A stretch of DNA of 64,000 nucleotides. It comes from a virus. Its lineage: Duplodnaviria; Caudoviricetes. Below are positions 53,885 through 63,200 of the stretch, one piece after another. The stretch spans positions 25,860-89,859 of the IMG/VR virus record IMGVR_UViG_3300025735_000294; one strand, given 5' to 3'. The notes beneath the pieces were generated by a model, which was not told where the DNA came from, made no database searches, and saw nothing but the letters and a program-made list of their open reading frames with translations. A program made the translations under genes and the position numbers. Numbering within the stretch: position 1 is the first letter of the stretch; the number at the start of each line of letters is the position of its first letter.

Positions 53885-54517
53885 ATGTCTGTTAAAACTG
53901 AAGCCATTAAACCAGTCGCTGAAATTTCGTTGTTCGATGCATTCGGACCGAACGTTGGTGAGCAGGTTCAAGCTATCAACCAGAGAGCCGCTGAGCTTTC
54001 CATGGGTGATATGGCTCTGGTAATGGGCGTTAAAGAGTCGGTCAAGCAGAAACCTGCGTTACTTGCTGAGCATGACGACGGTGTTGATTTTAATGATACC
54101 CTGTCAGCTTGGTTCGATTCTAAGGCATTTAGAACTGATGCTACTTTCCAGATATCACCACCTTGTAATTTAGGCTTAATGGTGTCACCACCGCAATTTG
54201 GGAAGGATTTTCCACTACCTGGAGCTATAGCGCGATCATATTTTCCAGTTCTGAGAACCTGCCAGCAAGGAATTCAAGACGTGATGGGCGCTGTGTCATC
54301 TAAGCTTCATCACTTGCAAGGGGTAGGTGTTGATGAGAGCAAAATTACAGTTTCTATCCGTTATAAAGATCCGAAGACTGGAGCATTTCGCTCGGAATCA
54401 TTAGACGCTGAATCGGGTATTAACGCTCGCGCTTTAGTTACTCCCAAGCCACGAACCAGAAAAACTCGCAAAGTTGGTCGTGAAGTAGTTATGCATTATC
54501 TCGCTTCTAAAAAATAA
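53885..54517 (+). CDS. Hypothetical protein, probable partner of the zeta-like kinase
   Basis: AAGGAG RBS 25 nt after the kinase stop; no recognisable domain. Confidence 0.65.
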   Translation: MSVKTEAIKPVAEISLFDAFGPNVGEQVQAINQRAAELSMGDMALVMGVKESVKQKPALLAEHDDGVDFNDTLSAWFDSKAFRTDATFQISPPCNLGLMVSPPQFGKDFPLPGAIARSYFPVLRTCQQGIQDVMGAVSSKLHHLQGVGVDESKITVSIRYKDPKTGAFRSESLDAESGINARALVTPKPRTRKTRKVGREVVMHYLASKK

Positions 54518-54669
54518 ATAGCACTGTATTATACTAATATCGCTAAGAAGATAAGTTTCCCACGCTGCTACTAACTGACTTCCAACCAGTCGGTACCAGA
54601 AATGAACCCCGCCATCCAAGCGGGGTTTGTGCTATCTGGGATATAGAACGCGAACGCTAAAACAGATAA

Positions 54670-54698
54670 AGAAAAGGCCCCTAATCAGGGGCCTTTCT
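54670..54698. terminator. Bidirectional terminator
   Basis: GAAAAGGCCCC-TAATCA-GGGGCCTTTC. Confidence 0.7.
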
Positions 54699-54700
54699 CG

Positions 54701-54820
54701 CTACTTGCCAGTGATTGTAATCGACACATTCAGGGAGTTGTCAGTAATCTTCCAACCCTCTCCTTGCGGCGCTAGCAATGCACCAGTAACAACGATAAGA
54801 ACACAAATGTAATTCTTCAT
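54701..54820 (-). CDS. Possible 39 aa hydrophobic peptide
   Basis: MKNYICVLIVVTGALLAPQGEGWKITDNSLNVSITITGK ends exactly at the terminator; weak RBS. Confidence 0.35.
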   Translation of the reverse strand: MKNYICVLIVVTGALLAPQGEGWKITDNSLNVSITITGK

Positions 54821-55116
54821 TGTAAGGTCTAAACAGACCGTTTCACGGCATATTCACCGACGAAAATGACGCGAGAGCAAGTGCTACCAGCACTTGCGAG
54901 TACGGCAATGGATAATCCTTCCCAGAAGTCGGTGCCCGTTTGCGAGACGGCGAAAAGGTCCGCTGGCATTGTACCGCGAATAAAACTGAAAATTATAGGA
55001 TTCCCACAAGACAATCTGAACTTTAACTTGTTGTAGATCTGATAGTTGTGAACGTTACTAAGTTAATTTGAATACAGGATTATGGGCTTTGTGGTGGGTA
55101 CTGTTGTTCCCAGGGG

Positions 55117-55156
55117 CTTCAGGAGGCTTCAGGAAGCTTCCTGAGGTATCCTGAGG
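55117..55156. repeat. 40-bp dyad of four C(C/T)TCAGGA units
   Basis: CTTCAGGA-GG-CTTCAGGA-AGCT-TCCTGAGG-TA-TCCTGAGG. Confidence 0.8.
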
Positions 55157-55241
55157 TAGACATTGATTACCTTTTAGGTAAAATAACGTTGCTACCAGCA
55201 CTTACGAGTTTAGCTGTGAAGACCGCGAATCCGAACAGCAC

Positions 55242-55269
55242 AAAAAAACCGCCTAACGGCGGTTTTTTT
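55242..55269. terminator. Bidirectional terminator
   Basis: AAAAAAACCGCC-TAAC-GGCGGTTTTTTT. Confidence 0.8.
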
Positions 55270-55290
55270 GTGGGTGCCGTTCTTAAATCA

Positions 55291-55695
55291 CTACTCCAGC
55301 TCACCGGCCCTTATTTTTTCCAGCGTAGATTTGGTATTAGGCATTGTTCCCTTGATCGGGTCCAAGATTGTGCAGTCTACAACATCAGCTGCTCGACGCG
55401 GGTCCCCATCAGCAGTTAGCCATTGGCTGCTGAGTTTAGTCTTGCCACTAAAAATAGACATTTGATACTGGGTATATGAGCCGCCCATTTCTGCATACAA
55501 ACGGAAATCGACCACCGCTCCATCGGGAACTGACTTAACCCCTAAATCATCTGCCTTTGCATCTGCCACGAAAAGAGCGGCGCTGCTTTCATAGAGTGAA
55601 AGCATCTTATTGCCGCATTCAAATTTATAGACTGCTTCTGCCTGAACGAATGTAGGAATTAAGACTGCTGAAAGAGCTAGGTTTCTAATATTCAT
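55291..55695 (-). CDS. Exported protein of unknown function
   Basis: Signal peptide MNIRNLALSAVLIPTFVQA; two Cys. Confidence 0.75.
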   Translation of the reverse strand: MNIRNLALSAVLIPTFVQAEAVYKFECGNKMLSLYESSAALFVADAKADDLGVKSVPDGAVVDFRLYAEMGGSYTQYQMSIFSGKTKLSSQWLTADGDPRRAADVVDCTILDPIKGTMPNTKSTLEKIRAGELE

Positions 55696-56013
55696 TTATA
55701 GTTCTTCTATTGGTGTGAAAGTGTAAATTTCCTGCCCCAGGCTATTTAGTTTACGTTCATACCTAACACGCAAGCGCTCACCATCGCCAAATTCAAAAAT
55801 TCCATTGCATACAAGGTGATCCTTTCCAGCCTTTTCTGTAATTTGGTCATAAGAGTCTATTGCGTTACTTGATTCTAGAGCGTCATTATATTCTTCAATT
55901 AGAAACGCTCTCATCTCAACATGATTACAATCTGTTCCTGTGTAGTCGGTTGCCCATGATGGCAATGAGGTAAATAAGCTGATTAATATTGCTATAATTC
56001 CTGCTGATTTCAT
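55696..56013 (-). CDS. Exported protein of unknown function
   Basis: Signal peptide MKSAGIIAILISLFTSLPSWA; two Cys. Confidence 0.75.
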   Translation of the reverse strand: MKSAGIIAILISLFTSLPSWATDYTGTDCNHVEMRAFLIEEYNDALESSNAIDSYDQITEKAGKDHLVCNGIFEFGDGERLRVRYERKLNSLGQEIYTFTPIEEL

Positions 56014-56026
56014 TATCCGGTTCTCC

Positions 56027-56647
56027 TTAGCCGTTTTTCATGCACCAATTTTCTGCCTGAACACTGAAAATGTCATCAGACATGTACTTTCCTTGCTCCC
56101 CGGCTTCCTTTTTGAAATGCGTCAGCATTTTTTGAACGCAAGATTTGTCAACTGCCTTCATTTTATGCACACCATTAGCCTTGAGCTGCGCCGATTGGTT
56201 GTCTTTATCAAAGAGGACTTTAAAGCGTTCTACATCCTGTTTGGTTGCCAATCCATATTGAATCATGTACTCGTTACCGCCAGGAATTCCAAACATACCT
56301 ATAAGCGGGCCTGTAATTTCTTCAAGTCTGGCATTTTCGTACATGGTTATTCCTGAGTAACCCGCATTGCCTATCTTGGCTATCGTGTCTTTTGCTGAAT
56401 ATCCCTCTTTGCTCATAGCATTCTGAATAATCTCAGTTGCATAACCCATCGAGCACAAGTCCCCTTCAAGTGATCGGGATTTGCAGAAAGGGGCTAAATT
56501 GTCGACAAGCGCTGCACCCGTTGGGAAATGCCTTGCTACTGATTGCCCAGCCCTTATATCTAAAGGAAGTGGGATCGCTTGTGTGATGGATGGTATTGCA
56601 AGTGAAAAGGCCAGCAGGCTTCGAACAACAAGTGAATGATTTACCAT
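56027..56647 (-). CDS. Exported protein of unknown function
   Basis: Signal peptide ...VVRSLLAFSLAIPSITQA; four Cys in two pairs. Confidence 0.75.
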   Translation of the reverse strand: MVNHSLVVRSLLAFSLAIPSITQAIPLPLDIRAGQSVARHFPTGAALVDNLAPFCKSRSLEGDLCSMGYATEIIQNAMSKEGYSAKDTIAKIGNAGYSGITMYENARLEEITGPLIGMFGIPGGNEYMIQYGLATKQDVERFKVLFDKDNQSAQLKANGVHKMKAVDKSCVQKMLTHFKKEAGEQGKYMSDDIFSVQAENWCMKNG

Positions 56648-56839
56648 AATTTAAAATTCCGTTTTAAAAAAATGAAAAGGAATCCTAACAAAAATGGTCT
56701 GTGTAAAACTGAGTTAGGTCAATGGGATAAGCCAATATAGATAATTCGCAGCGTTTAATACTGTTTGTTTGGGATTAGTTTAAGATCTCTGGGCATATGA
56801 AAGAGCGGCGTTTTCTTGGTTTGGTGATAAGCTCCATGG

Positions 56840-57190
56840 ACGCAGGATCGTCCCTGCACGATGTGTCATAAAGCATGACGTCACACAAGCCCCGTATATC
56901 AGATAGTTATCAACATATACACTGGCTAGATCCAATAAGATGATCCATTTAAAGATCCTAAATCGATCCTTATAGTTCCAAACAGATCCCCGATCGCTAC
57001 AGGCCGCACCAGGCAAGGCTCTCAGAGCTTTCGGGTGTGTCGTATTATGCAAATGGTGTGTCATAGCATGTGATAAGTGTGTCACAACATGTATTAAGTG
57101 GGTGACATCATGCACAAGGTGTGTCATAACATGCCAGCAGGTGTGTCATAACATGTAAAAAAATAACTTATCCACCATTTGTGGATAACC
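56840..57190 (+). other. Plasmid origin (oriR/incC-like): GATC repeats, iterons, DnaA boxes
   Basis: Six GATC in ~56929-56996; six iterons (G/A)GTG(T/G)GT(C/G)RYADYATG at 57034, 57055, 57076, 57097, 57118 and 57140 (21-22 bp period); DnaA-box-like TTATCAACA, TTATCCACC and TGTGGATAA. Confidence 0.9.
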
Positions 57191-57222
57191 ATAAATGGAA
57201 GTAACTCAGGTGGCGTAACTAT

Positions 57223-58083
57223 ATGTCGGATAACAACTTTTTACCTGTTCAGATTACCAATGAAGGCGAATCACATCAATTAACAGTCACAAGCACATCC
57301 TCGGTCCAACCGGCTATCCTTTTGCGTCTGGGGGTGTTTGTTCCTGGCTCTCGCTCCATACCAAAGGGTCAGGTACAAGGTATCGACGTTTCTTCGACGT
57401 TCTCCCAGCTGGAGTTTGCCCGTAAAGAGGGTTATGACGAGGTGCGAATTTTTGGTGAGCGCCTAAATATCTCCACTGACTTCAGCGTTTGGATGGGAGT
57501 TATCGGTGCATTCAGTAAATATGGCTTGAAATCAAACACTATAGAGCTGCCTTTCACTGAGTTTGCCGCGTTATGCCAATACGATTCTCGCCAGTTTAAC
57601 AAGCGGCTACGTGACACGATCTTTGATGCCCTTACGCGCATTGGTACTAAGACGGTGCAGTTTAAGAGCAAGAAGACCGGCGATAAGTTCTTCACTCAGT
57701 TGCTGAAGAATGGCAAGTATACCCGCGAAACAGACACGATCACTCTTCAAGCGGATGAGCGCCTCCACGAACTCTATCAGATTGACTACAACATCCTTTT
57801 ACGGAAGCGCCCCTATCACATGCTGAAAGGCAAAGAGGTCGCACAAACGCTCTATACATACATCGCCAGCCTTCCAGACAACCCCGCTCCGATTCGATTT
57901 GACCGGATCATTGAACGCCTCAATTTGACGTCTCCAATTAAGGAGCAAAACCGCCTAATTAAGGCCGCGCTTAAGCAACTCCAGGACATTGGATACATTG
58001 AGTATTCGATTGTTAAGGATGGGCGCACACTGACCGTCCTGATCCACAAGCGTAATAAGAAATTGAAAGAAATGGAGTCATAA
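57223..58083 (+). CDS. repA: Plasmid replication initiator RepA (P1/IncY-FIB type)
   Basis: 286 aa; VQP..L.RLGVFVP, FSQLE.A..EGYD, DF..W.G.I.AFSKYGL, EQNR.IK.AL.QL..IGY. Confidence 0.96.
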   Translation: MSDNNFLPVQITNEGESHQLTVTSTSSVQPAILLRLGVFVPGSRSIPKGQVQGIDVSSTFSQLEFARKEGYDEVRIFGERLNISTDFSVWMGVIGAFSKYGLKSNTIELPFTEFAALCQYDSRQFNKRLRDTIFDALTRIGTKTVQFKSKKTGDKFFTQLLKNGKYTRETDTITLQADERLHELYQIDYNILLRKRPYHMLKGKEVAQTLYTYIASLPDNPAPIRFDRIIERLNLTSPIKEQNRLIKAALKQLQDIGYIEYSIVKDGRTLTVLIHKRNKKLKEMES

Positions 58084-58084
58084 A

Positions 58085-58355
58085 AGGTGGGTCACAGTAT
58101 GCAAGCGATCCAGCAATGGTGGGTCATAGCATGTTGTTAGGTGTGTCGTATTATGTTCCGGTCACACTGTCACTTTTATGCATTTGAAATCAGCCTGATT
58201 TTTAAGCAATTCATTTTAGTTCGCATGATACGACACACCTTTTGCATATCCTAACCCACCTTTTGCATGTTCATACCCACCTTTTAAAAGATCCTTTTTG
58301 CTGACTTGTTGGCTACATGTTGTGACACACCTTCTGCATGATGAAACCCACCTTT
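58085..58355. repeat. incA-like copy-control iterons
   Basis: Three direct copies (GGTGGGTCACAGTATG, GGTGGGTCATAGCATG, GGTGTGTCGTATTATG) and about five inverted copies of the origin iteron. Confidence 0.88.
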
Positions 58356-58403
58356 TTTTGATGACTACCGCTACCGAAAAAAAACTTGTTGACCCTACTT
58401 TGT

Positions 58404-58424
58404 AAATCACACACTTCATAGAAT
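58404..58424 (+). promoter_or_regulatory. Late promoter motif (AAATCACA-N7-TAGAAT)
   Basis: Motif copy upstream of the baseplate/tail operon. Confidence 0.7.
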
Positions 58425-58547
58425 GCTCCTGCGTTAACGGCTCCCATGAGGTTTTTTGGCGATTATCTCTCTTACTGCTTTGCGCGGTTCGGGAACGTTA
58501 AAGCCACTGGAGGCCGCTTATGCGGCCTTTTTTCGTTTGGGGGAGCT

Positions 58548-59207
58548 ATGAATCAAAAAATCGCTATATTCTGCATGTCCACCGACAAGCCAATGCTGAT
58601 GCTTGCGGGGCTTGTTAAAAACGTACTGGTTGTCACCAGGATCGAGAAATTAGACAAACCGCTAGACGTTCTGCAGCAAACCATCCCCGCCAACATCCAA
58701 AAACTACGCGACAGCGGGTTTAAAGTGCTGGTGGATGAAGACACGCCTATGTTCTCGCGTGGCACTGGCGCGAGCCAGGTGTCGTTGAAAACGAAACACC
58801 ACGATGGCAGACCTGTACTCATGGTTGGTATAGAGCGTTACCGCGAACTGAAGCGCCGGAACCTCATCACCTTCCCCAAAGGGGTTAGTGTAGGTCTGTA
58901 TGAGCTGTCATCGTCTCTCATGGATGTTGAGTACAAAGATAGCGGCGAGGCGGTCTACAAAGTTAACTGGCAGGATCTTCGACCTGAAAACACCACGATG
59001 ATCCTTTGTTGCTATGCCACAGTGTTTAATAACGTGGCTTCAGCTGACTATATCAAGCAGATGAACGGCCAGGCCGATGAAGACGAAGAGCACGGCATGT
59101 TTGCTTATCTCATTTCACTGGTCACACACCAAAGCGTTGAATCGGCAAATGCGGCCTCTAAATCGCTCTCTGGGCGGCGCATTGACGAGAGCACGGTGAT
59201 TCTATGA
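58548..59207 (+). CDS. P1-family hypothetical morphogenetic protein
   Basis: GGGGAG RBS and ATG; KL..SGF.VLVDE.TP and Y...W..LRP motifs recalled from a P1 protein; first gene of a late operon. Confidence 0.6.
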   Translation: MNQKIAIFCMSTDKPMLMLAGLVKNVLVVTRIEKLDKPLDVLQQTIPANIQKLRDSGFKVLVDEDTPMFSRGTGASQVSLKTKHHDGRPVLMVGIERYRELKRRNLITFPKGVSVGLYELSSSLMDVEYKDSGEAVYKVNWQDLRPENTTMILCCYATVFNNVASADYIKQMNGQADEDEEHGMFAYLISLVTHQSVESANAASKSLSGRRIDESTVIL

Positions 59208-59530
59208 GTTACAGCCGTCTCGATGACAGATACGTTTCTGACGACATTCTCAGGGCAATGCTTCACCAGGAGGTTTTGCTCCGGGTGAAGGTTTATCGTG
59301 AAGACAGTTTTGAATACACCATTAAGCCGGATGAGCTTTACCGTTCGGATCTTGCTGCGTTCCGGGCATACGGAACTGATGACTTGAGATGGGTATTTCG
59401 TTTGCTTTCAGGTCATGAAAGTGAAATGGAGGAAATGCCGGTGGGCACAACGTTCACCCTTCCGGATCAGGCATGGATTCGCAAACGCATTCGTGAGTAT
59501 GCAGGGACCAGTCCGGAGTTTGAAGGCTAA
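59204..59530 (+). CDS. Baseplate protein, P1 gp26-like (LysM/gp53-like)
   Basis: Y.IKPDE.YR.DL.A.R.YG..DLRW; position before the gp25-like gene. Confidence 0.7.
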   Translation: MSYSRLDDRYVSDDILRAMLHQEVLLRVKVYREDSFEYTIKPDELYRSDLAAFRAYGTDDLRWVFRLLSGHESEMEEMPVGTTFTLPDQAWIRKRIREYAGTSPEFEG

Positions 59531-60729
59531 TGGCTGATTACCCAAAGGCCCAAAATGGCAGCTATGAAACCAGCGGCCTGTCTTCCCGCGAGTTCAACCG
59601 CGTCTTTCGCCTCATATCCAAGGAGCAAACAAGAAAGCGCAGGCAGGCGCACCGCACGCTCACACCCGGCAGGCTGAAAAATAAGTCTATCGACGACATA
59701 CTTCAGATGGGTAAGAAGAAAGGCGGCACATTCTTCACCACTGACGATCTTAAGGGATTTGAGAAAAGCAGAACCAAAGCGCGGCAGAAGTATAATAACA
59801 GCGTTCCTGGCATTACCTATGCGCAGCTGGTGGCTTCAAGCCAGGCAATAGACATAAAGCGCGCAAATAACAGCGTAGATGATGGCTCAGGCATCAAACG
59901 CGCTGTGCCGGTATCCCTCAAGCACAATGTGATCAACATTCGAGTTGAAGCGTCAGATGTTTCAAAACATCAGCACCATATGGTGAAAGTGCGATTTGAG
60001 GAATGGGATCAGCTTGTTGACGGCGCAGTCGAGGAAGATAAAGGCACGTCGAACCTGACAAAGCAGCTGTGCAGTGGCCGTGTCTCATATGATTGTGATT
60101 GTGGGCGCCACCAGTATTGGTATCGATATATCGCGACCGCGGGCAATTTTGCTCTGGCCCCGCCAAAAGAATACGCTTACCCGAAGGTAAAAAACCCAAA
60201 TCTCAAAGGCGTTGCGTGTAAACACGTCATTCACTCAATGACTCGTCTTCAGTCAGCCAGCTGGCAGTTGAGCATCGGAAAAGCCTTGGCTAAAGCAGCA
60301 TCCCAGATTTCATTCGGCGACGATCGCCGCCGGACTGCTGAGCACTTCTCTGATGAACAACAGAAGGTATTCAACCGAAACCGCAACAGCCGAACCGACG
60401 CGTCTGCGTTAAAGCGTGAATGGGCCATGTATCAGCGCCGCCAGCAAGCTTTAGGTGATAAACTGGATAAAGGGTCCAGCAAAATTGACGCGTTGCGCAA
60501 GCAGCTCACCAAGGTCCGAAAGCAGTCCGAATCCCAAAAGCGTCGAGCGGCCCAGAAAGAGCAACAGCTCCAGCTGGAAAAGGATAAGAACAAACTGCTG
60601 ATGCAGCGGCTATCCGATCAAATGGAGCTGAAGAAACAGACCTTTGTTGACGCTCTGGTGATGACCGGCACGCCGCGAGAGCAAGCCGAGAAAATGTTTA
60701 TTGAGTATGCGAAAAATGGCGGGAAGTGA
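59530..60729 (+). CDS. Tail stability protein, P1 gp25-like
   Basis: 399 aa; CDC.RHQYWYRYIAT.GN...PPKE..YPK..NP...G.ACKH; synteny. Confidence 0.75.
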   Translation: MADYPKAQNGSYETSGLSSREFNRVFRLISKEQTRKRRQAHRTLTPGRLKNKSIDDILQMGKKKGGTFFTTDDLKGFEKSRTKARQKYNNSVPGITYAQLVASSQAIDIKRANNSVDDGSGIKRAVPVSLKHNVINIRVEASDVSKHQHHMVKVRFEEWDQLVDGAVEEDKGTSNLTKQLCSGRVSYDCDCGRHQYWYRYIATAGNFALAPPKEYAYPKVKNPNLKGVACKHVIHSMTRLQSASWQLSIGKALAKAASQISFGDDRRRTAEHFSDEQQKVFNRNRNSRTDASALKREWAMYQRRQQALGDKLDKGSSKIDALRKQLTKVRKQSESQKRRAAQKEQQLQLEKDKNKLLMQRLSDQMELKKQTFVDALVMTGTPREQAEKMFIEYAKNGGK

Positions 60730-60740
60730 CCCGCCTTTCA

Positions 60741-61475
60741 TTATTGAGGAGCATCTGAAAGTTTTGTGGGCGTGTTTTCAACTTGTTCTATAGTTACAGA
60801 TTTTGTTTCTGTGTTATTTTTAACAAATTCAATCATGTCTTTAAGTAATTGTTCGTTTGGGAAATACTTCATAATTTCCTCTTGGGCTAACAACTGAATA
60901 AAACCGATTAGATCTCGATGAGAGTAGCTTTTATTATAATGATCGTAAATCTCAGTTAATTTAGTTATGTAGCTTTCAATCTCCATTTTTGAATTTCTTA
61001 AATCGCGCAAGTTATTAATGACATCATCTCTCTGGATTCTAAGTCTTTTTAGCTTTTCCTCAGTTGCATTTTTACGCATTTTTGCTAGTTCGTGTTTTTC
61101 TTGGAGATTATTAGTAAACGCCCCCCAGATATCAGAACCTACGGTGTTTCGCGCTTCCCTGGCGGCTGCAACTACGCCGATAAATATAGCATAAAACGAA
61201 GTCATAATGGGCATGAATATTGCCGCAATTACGCCACAGATAACAGGCCACCAGAAGAAATTCCACATAAAATCCTTCTGAACACCTATATAGATTAACG
61301 TCATTTCAATCGAGTCTTTTGACTTGAAGATAAGAATTATATTCTCCAAGTTAAAAATAAAAAGAGAAGTTAGTACGTAGCCATAGAAATTATTTCTTAA
61401 CCTGTCAAATATAACGTCAGTAATCTTGTTTTTGGCCTCTTCATACGCGTCTTTTACATCATTGCCGAATCCCAT
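60741..61475 (-). CDS. Low-GC membrane plus coiled-coil moron protein
   Basis: AT-rich; antisense to the flanking tail genes; two TM segments then a coiled coil. Confidence 0.75.
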   Translation of the reverse strand: MGFGNDVKDAYEEAKNKITDVIFDRLRNNFYGYVLTSLFIFNLENIILIFKSKDSIEMTLIYIGVQKDFMWNFFWWPVICGVIAAIFMPIMTSFYAIFIGVVAAAREARNTVGSDIWGAFTNNLQEKHELAKMRKNATEEKLKRLRIQRDDVINNLRDLRNSKMEIESYITKLTEIYDHYNKSYSHRDLIGFIQLLAQEEIMKYFPNEQLLKDMIEFVKNNTETKSVTIEQVENTPTKLSDAPQ

Positions 61476-61551
61476 CTTTTTCCCTTATGCATTTCCAAAT
61501 GTTAATGACAAAGAAAATACCACATTTTGGCCTGATCTAATCCCTCAATCA

Positions 61552-61572
61552 AAATCACAATCTCCCTACACT
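61552..61572 (+). promoter_or_regulatory. Late promoter motif (AAATCACA-N7-TACACT)
   Basis: Motif copy 37 nt before ATG 61609; supports this start over 61426. Confidence 0.7.
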
Positions 61573-61608
61573 CCCACCTTTCGAGAGCAGCCGACCTATG
61601 AGGACTTT

Positions 61609-62397
61609 ATGGGCCGTTTTGATGAGTGGTTTGTTGATAAACACGATCAGGAACAGGACGAGGAGCATCGCAATGACAGCGCGACGCCAGATGCGGCAAC
61701 GGCGGTTGAAGCGGGAGGTGCTAGCCAAGCAGCACATGCACCAGATGAATCCCAATTCAGCGAAATCAGCCAGCAGGAAAGCAGTATTGATAGCGTTGGG
61801 CATGTTGATGACGGCGACGGGAGCTACGTTCCTCCTCCGGATGATGAGCCTGACGTAGCCCCGCTGCCGCCTGGTATCGCAGATCGTAAACCTACCCCTG
61901 AAATGCGATCACGTTTTAAAGGTCATGCTCCGTTAAACGATCAGATGCGTGACGACTGGATGAGAGTCATTGAAACCCATCAGGATGCGTTCCAGGCGCT
62001 GTTGTTTCGTCCGTCGAATGGAACGTATGGACAGGTGGATACCGAAACGGATCTTGAGTCATTCACCGAGATAAATAACAACCAGCGCAATTTGACCTAC
62101 GAAGAGCCAGAGCTGGTCTGGGTTGTCGATAACCCAGATGGTCGAGAGTCATTTCAGGTTATCGATGGTGATGGAGATCAGGATGGCATCACTGATGATG
62201 TCATGGTTTTGAGAGTGGCCAGTAAGAATGTCACAGTTGGCTCCATTCTGGAATGGAACGAAGAACTGGCGTTTGGGGTAGCGCGGCGCTGGTGGTATGT
62301 CCACCGTATCTTCGGGGTTGGAACGCAGCACGTAGGTTCACTCTATTACTGCATTCCGGCGCGTAACTTCGACACGACCGTTAACGGGGTGAAATGA
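61609..62397 (+). CDS. Tail stability protein, P1 gp7-like
   Basis: GAGGA RBS; DW...I....DAFQALL.RP and RRWWYV.RI...GT..VG motifs; synteny. Confidence 0.7.
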   Translation: MGRFDEWFVDKHDQEQDEEHRNDSATPDAATAVEAGGASQAAHAPDESQFSEISQQESSIDSVGHVDDGDGSYVPPPDDEPDVAPLPPGIADRKPTPEMRSRFKGHAPLNDQMRDDWMRVIETHQDAFQALLFRPSNGTYGQVDTETDLESFTEINNNQRNLTYEEPELVWVVDNPDGRESFQVIDGDGDQDGITDDVMVLRVASKNVTVGSILEWNEELAFGVARRWWYVHRIFGVGTQHVGSLYYCIPARNFDTTVNGVK

Positions 62398-63200
62398 TGG
62401 ATAAGTCATTAGCGAAAATCAGGGAATGGATAAGCGACCGCACCGGCGCTTCAGAGTCAACAGGGCTTGAAGCCGTGGATAAAGGCATTGCTTCGTTTGT
62501 AAGCGGCTTTTTTAGCATGGTCCGCATCACGGAACCCTCTGAGTCACAACAGCGCTTTGCGGCGTTCCTGGCGCGTCCACCAGCTGAGCGTGTTTACGTT
62601 GGGCGCTATGACAGTGCCATTGAATTTTTACATGCCATGAAACGCGCACGCAGCGGCGCAGGCCGACGTCCACGAAAACCTGGGCAGGAGCAAGGTAGGG
62701 ATCTGATAAATCACGATGCCCTTCCCCTCATAAACCTATCCCGCACCTTTGACGTCGGTTACGAAAATCAGGATCGGTCTAAGGATGTGCGCGATATTGG
62801 CAAGTTCTGCGATCCCAAGACCGGAAAACCGCTTGCTGAGCTGGAGCGTACACAGGCGATGCTGACCTACAGCGTGACGTTTATAGCCGCTGAAAAAGAA
62901 ACGCTTAGCTTGATGTGTAATGCCTATGCGGGCCGGATGAAGCAATTGTTGAGCACAAAAGTGAAGGCAGACACCATTTTAGTACGAGTTCCGGTGTCGC
63001 TGGAGTGCGCATTGATGGGGGCAAAAGATGTGTCATTTTCAGATGTGTCCTCGCCAATGAACGAGGAGCGGCTTTTCGCCGCCCAGACAACCATTGACGT
63101 TACAGCCGAAGTGATGACTGCCTGGGAGGTCGAAGCAAGGCCCAAGTTCACGCAGATGTCGGTATCGCTCCGGGCATGGAATGAAGGGGGCCGCAACTGA
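62394..63200 (+). CDS. Baseplate/tail protein, P1 gp24-like
   Basis: 268 aa, coupled between the gp7-like and gp6-like genes. Confidence 0.65.
   Translation: MMDKSLAKIREWISDRTGASESTGLEAVDKGIASFVSGFFSMVRITEPSESQQRFAAFLARPPAERVYVGRYDSAIEFLHAMKRARSGAGRRPRKPGQEQGRDLINHDALPLINLSRTFDVGYENQDRSKDVRDIGKFCDPKTGKPLAELERTQAMLTYSVTFIAAEKETLSLMCNAYAGRMKQLLSTKVKADTILVRVPVSLECALMGAKDVSFSDVSSPMNEERLFAAQTTIDVTAEVMTAWEVEARPKFTQMSVSLRAWNEGGRN

Noticed and set aside
57034-58355. Iteron repeats as a novel repeat system
   Set aside because: Fully explained by the known P1-type incC/incA layout around repA
61426-61608. N-terminal extension of the gp7-like ORF
   Set aside because: It overlaps the opposite-strand moron start and the late promoter; ATG 61609 has an RBS
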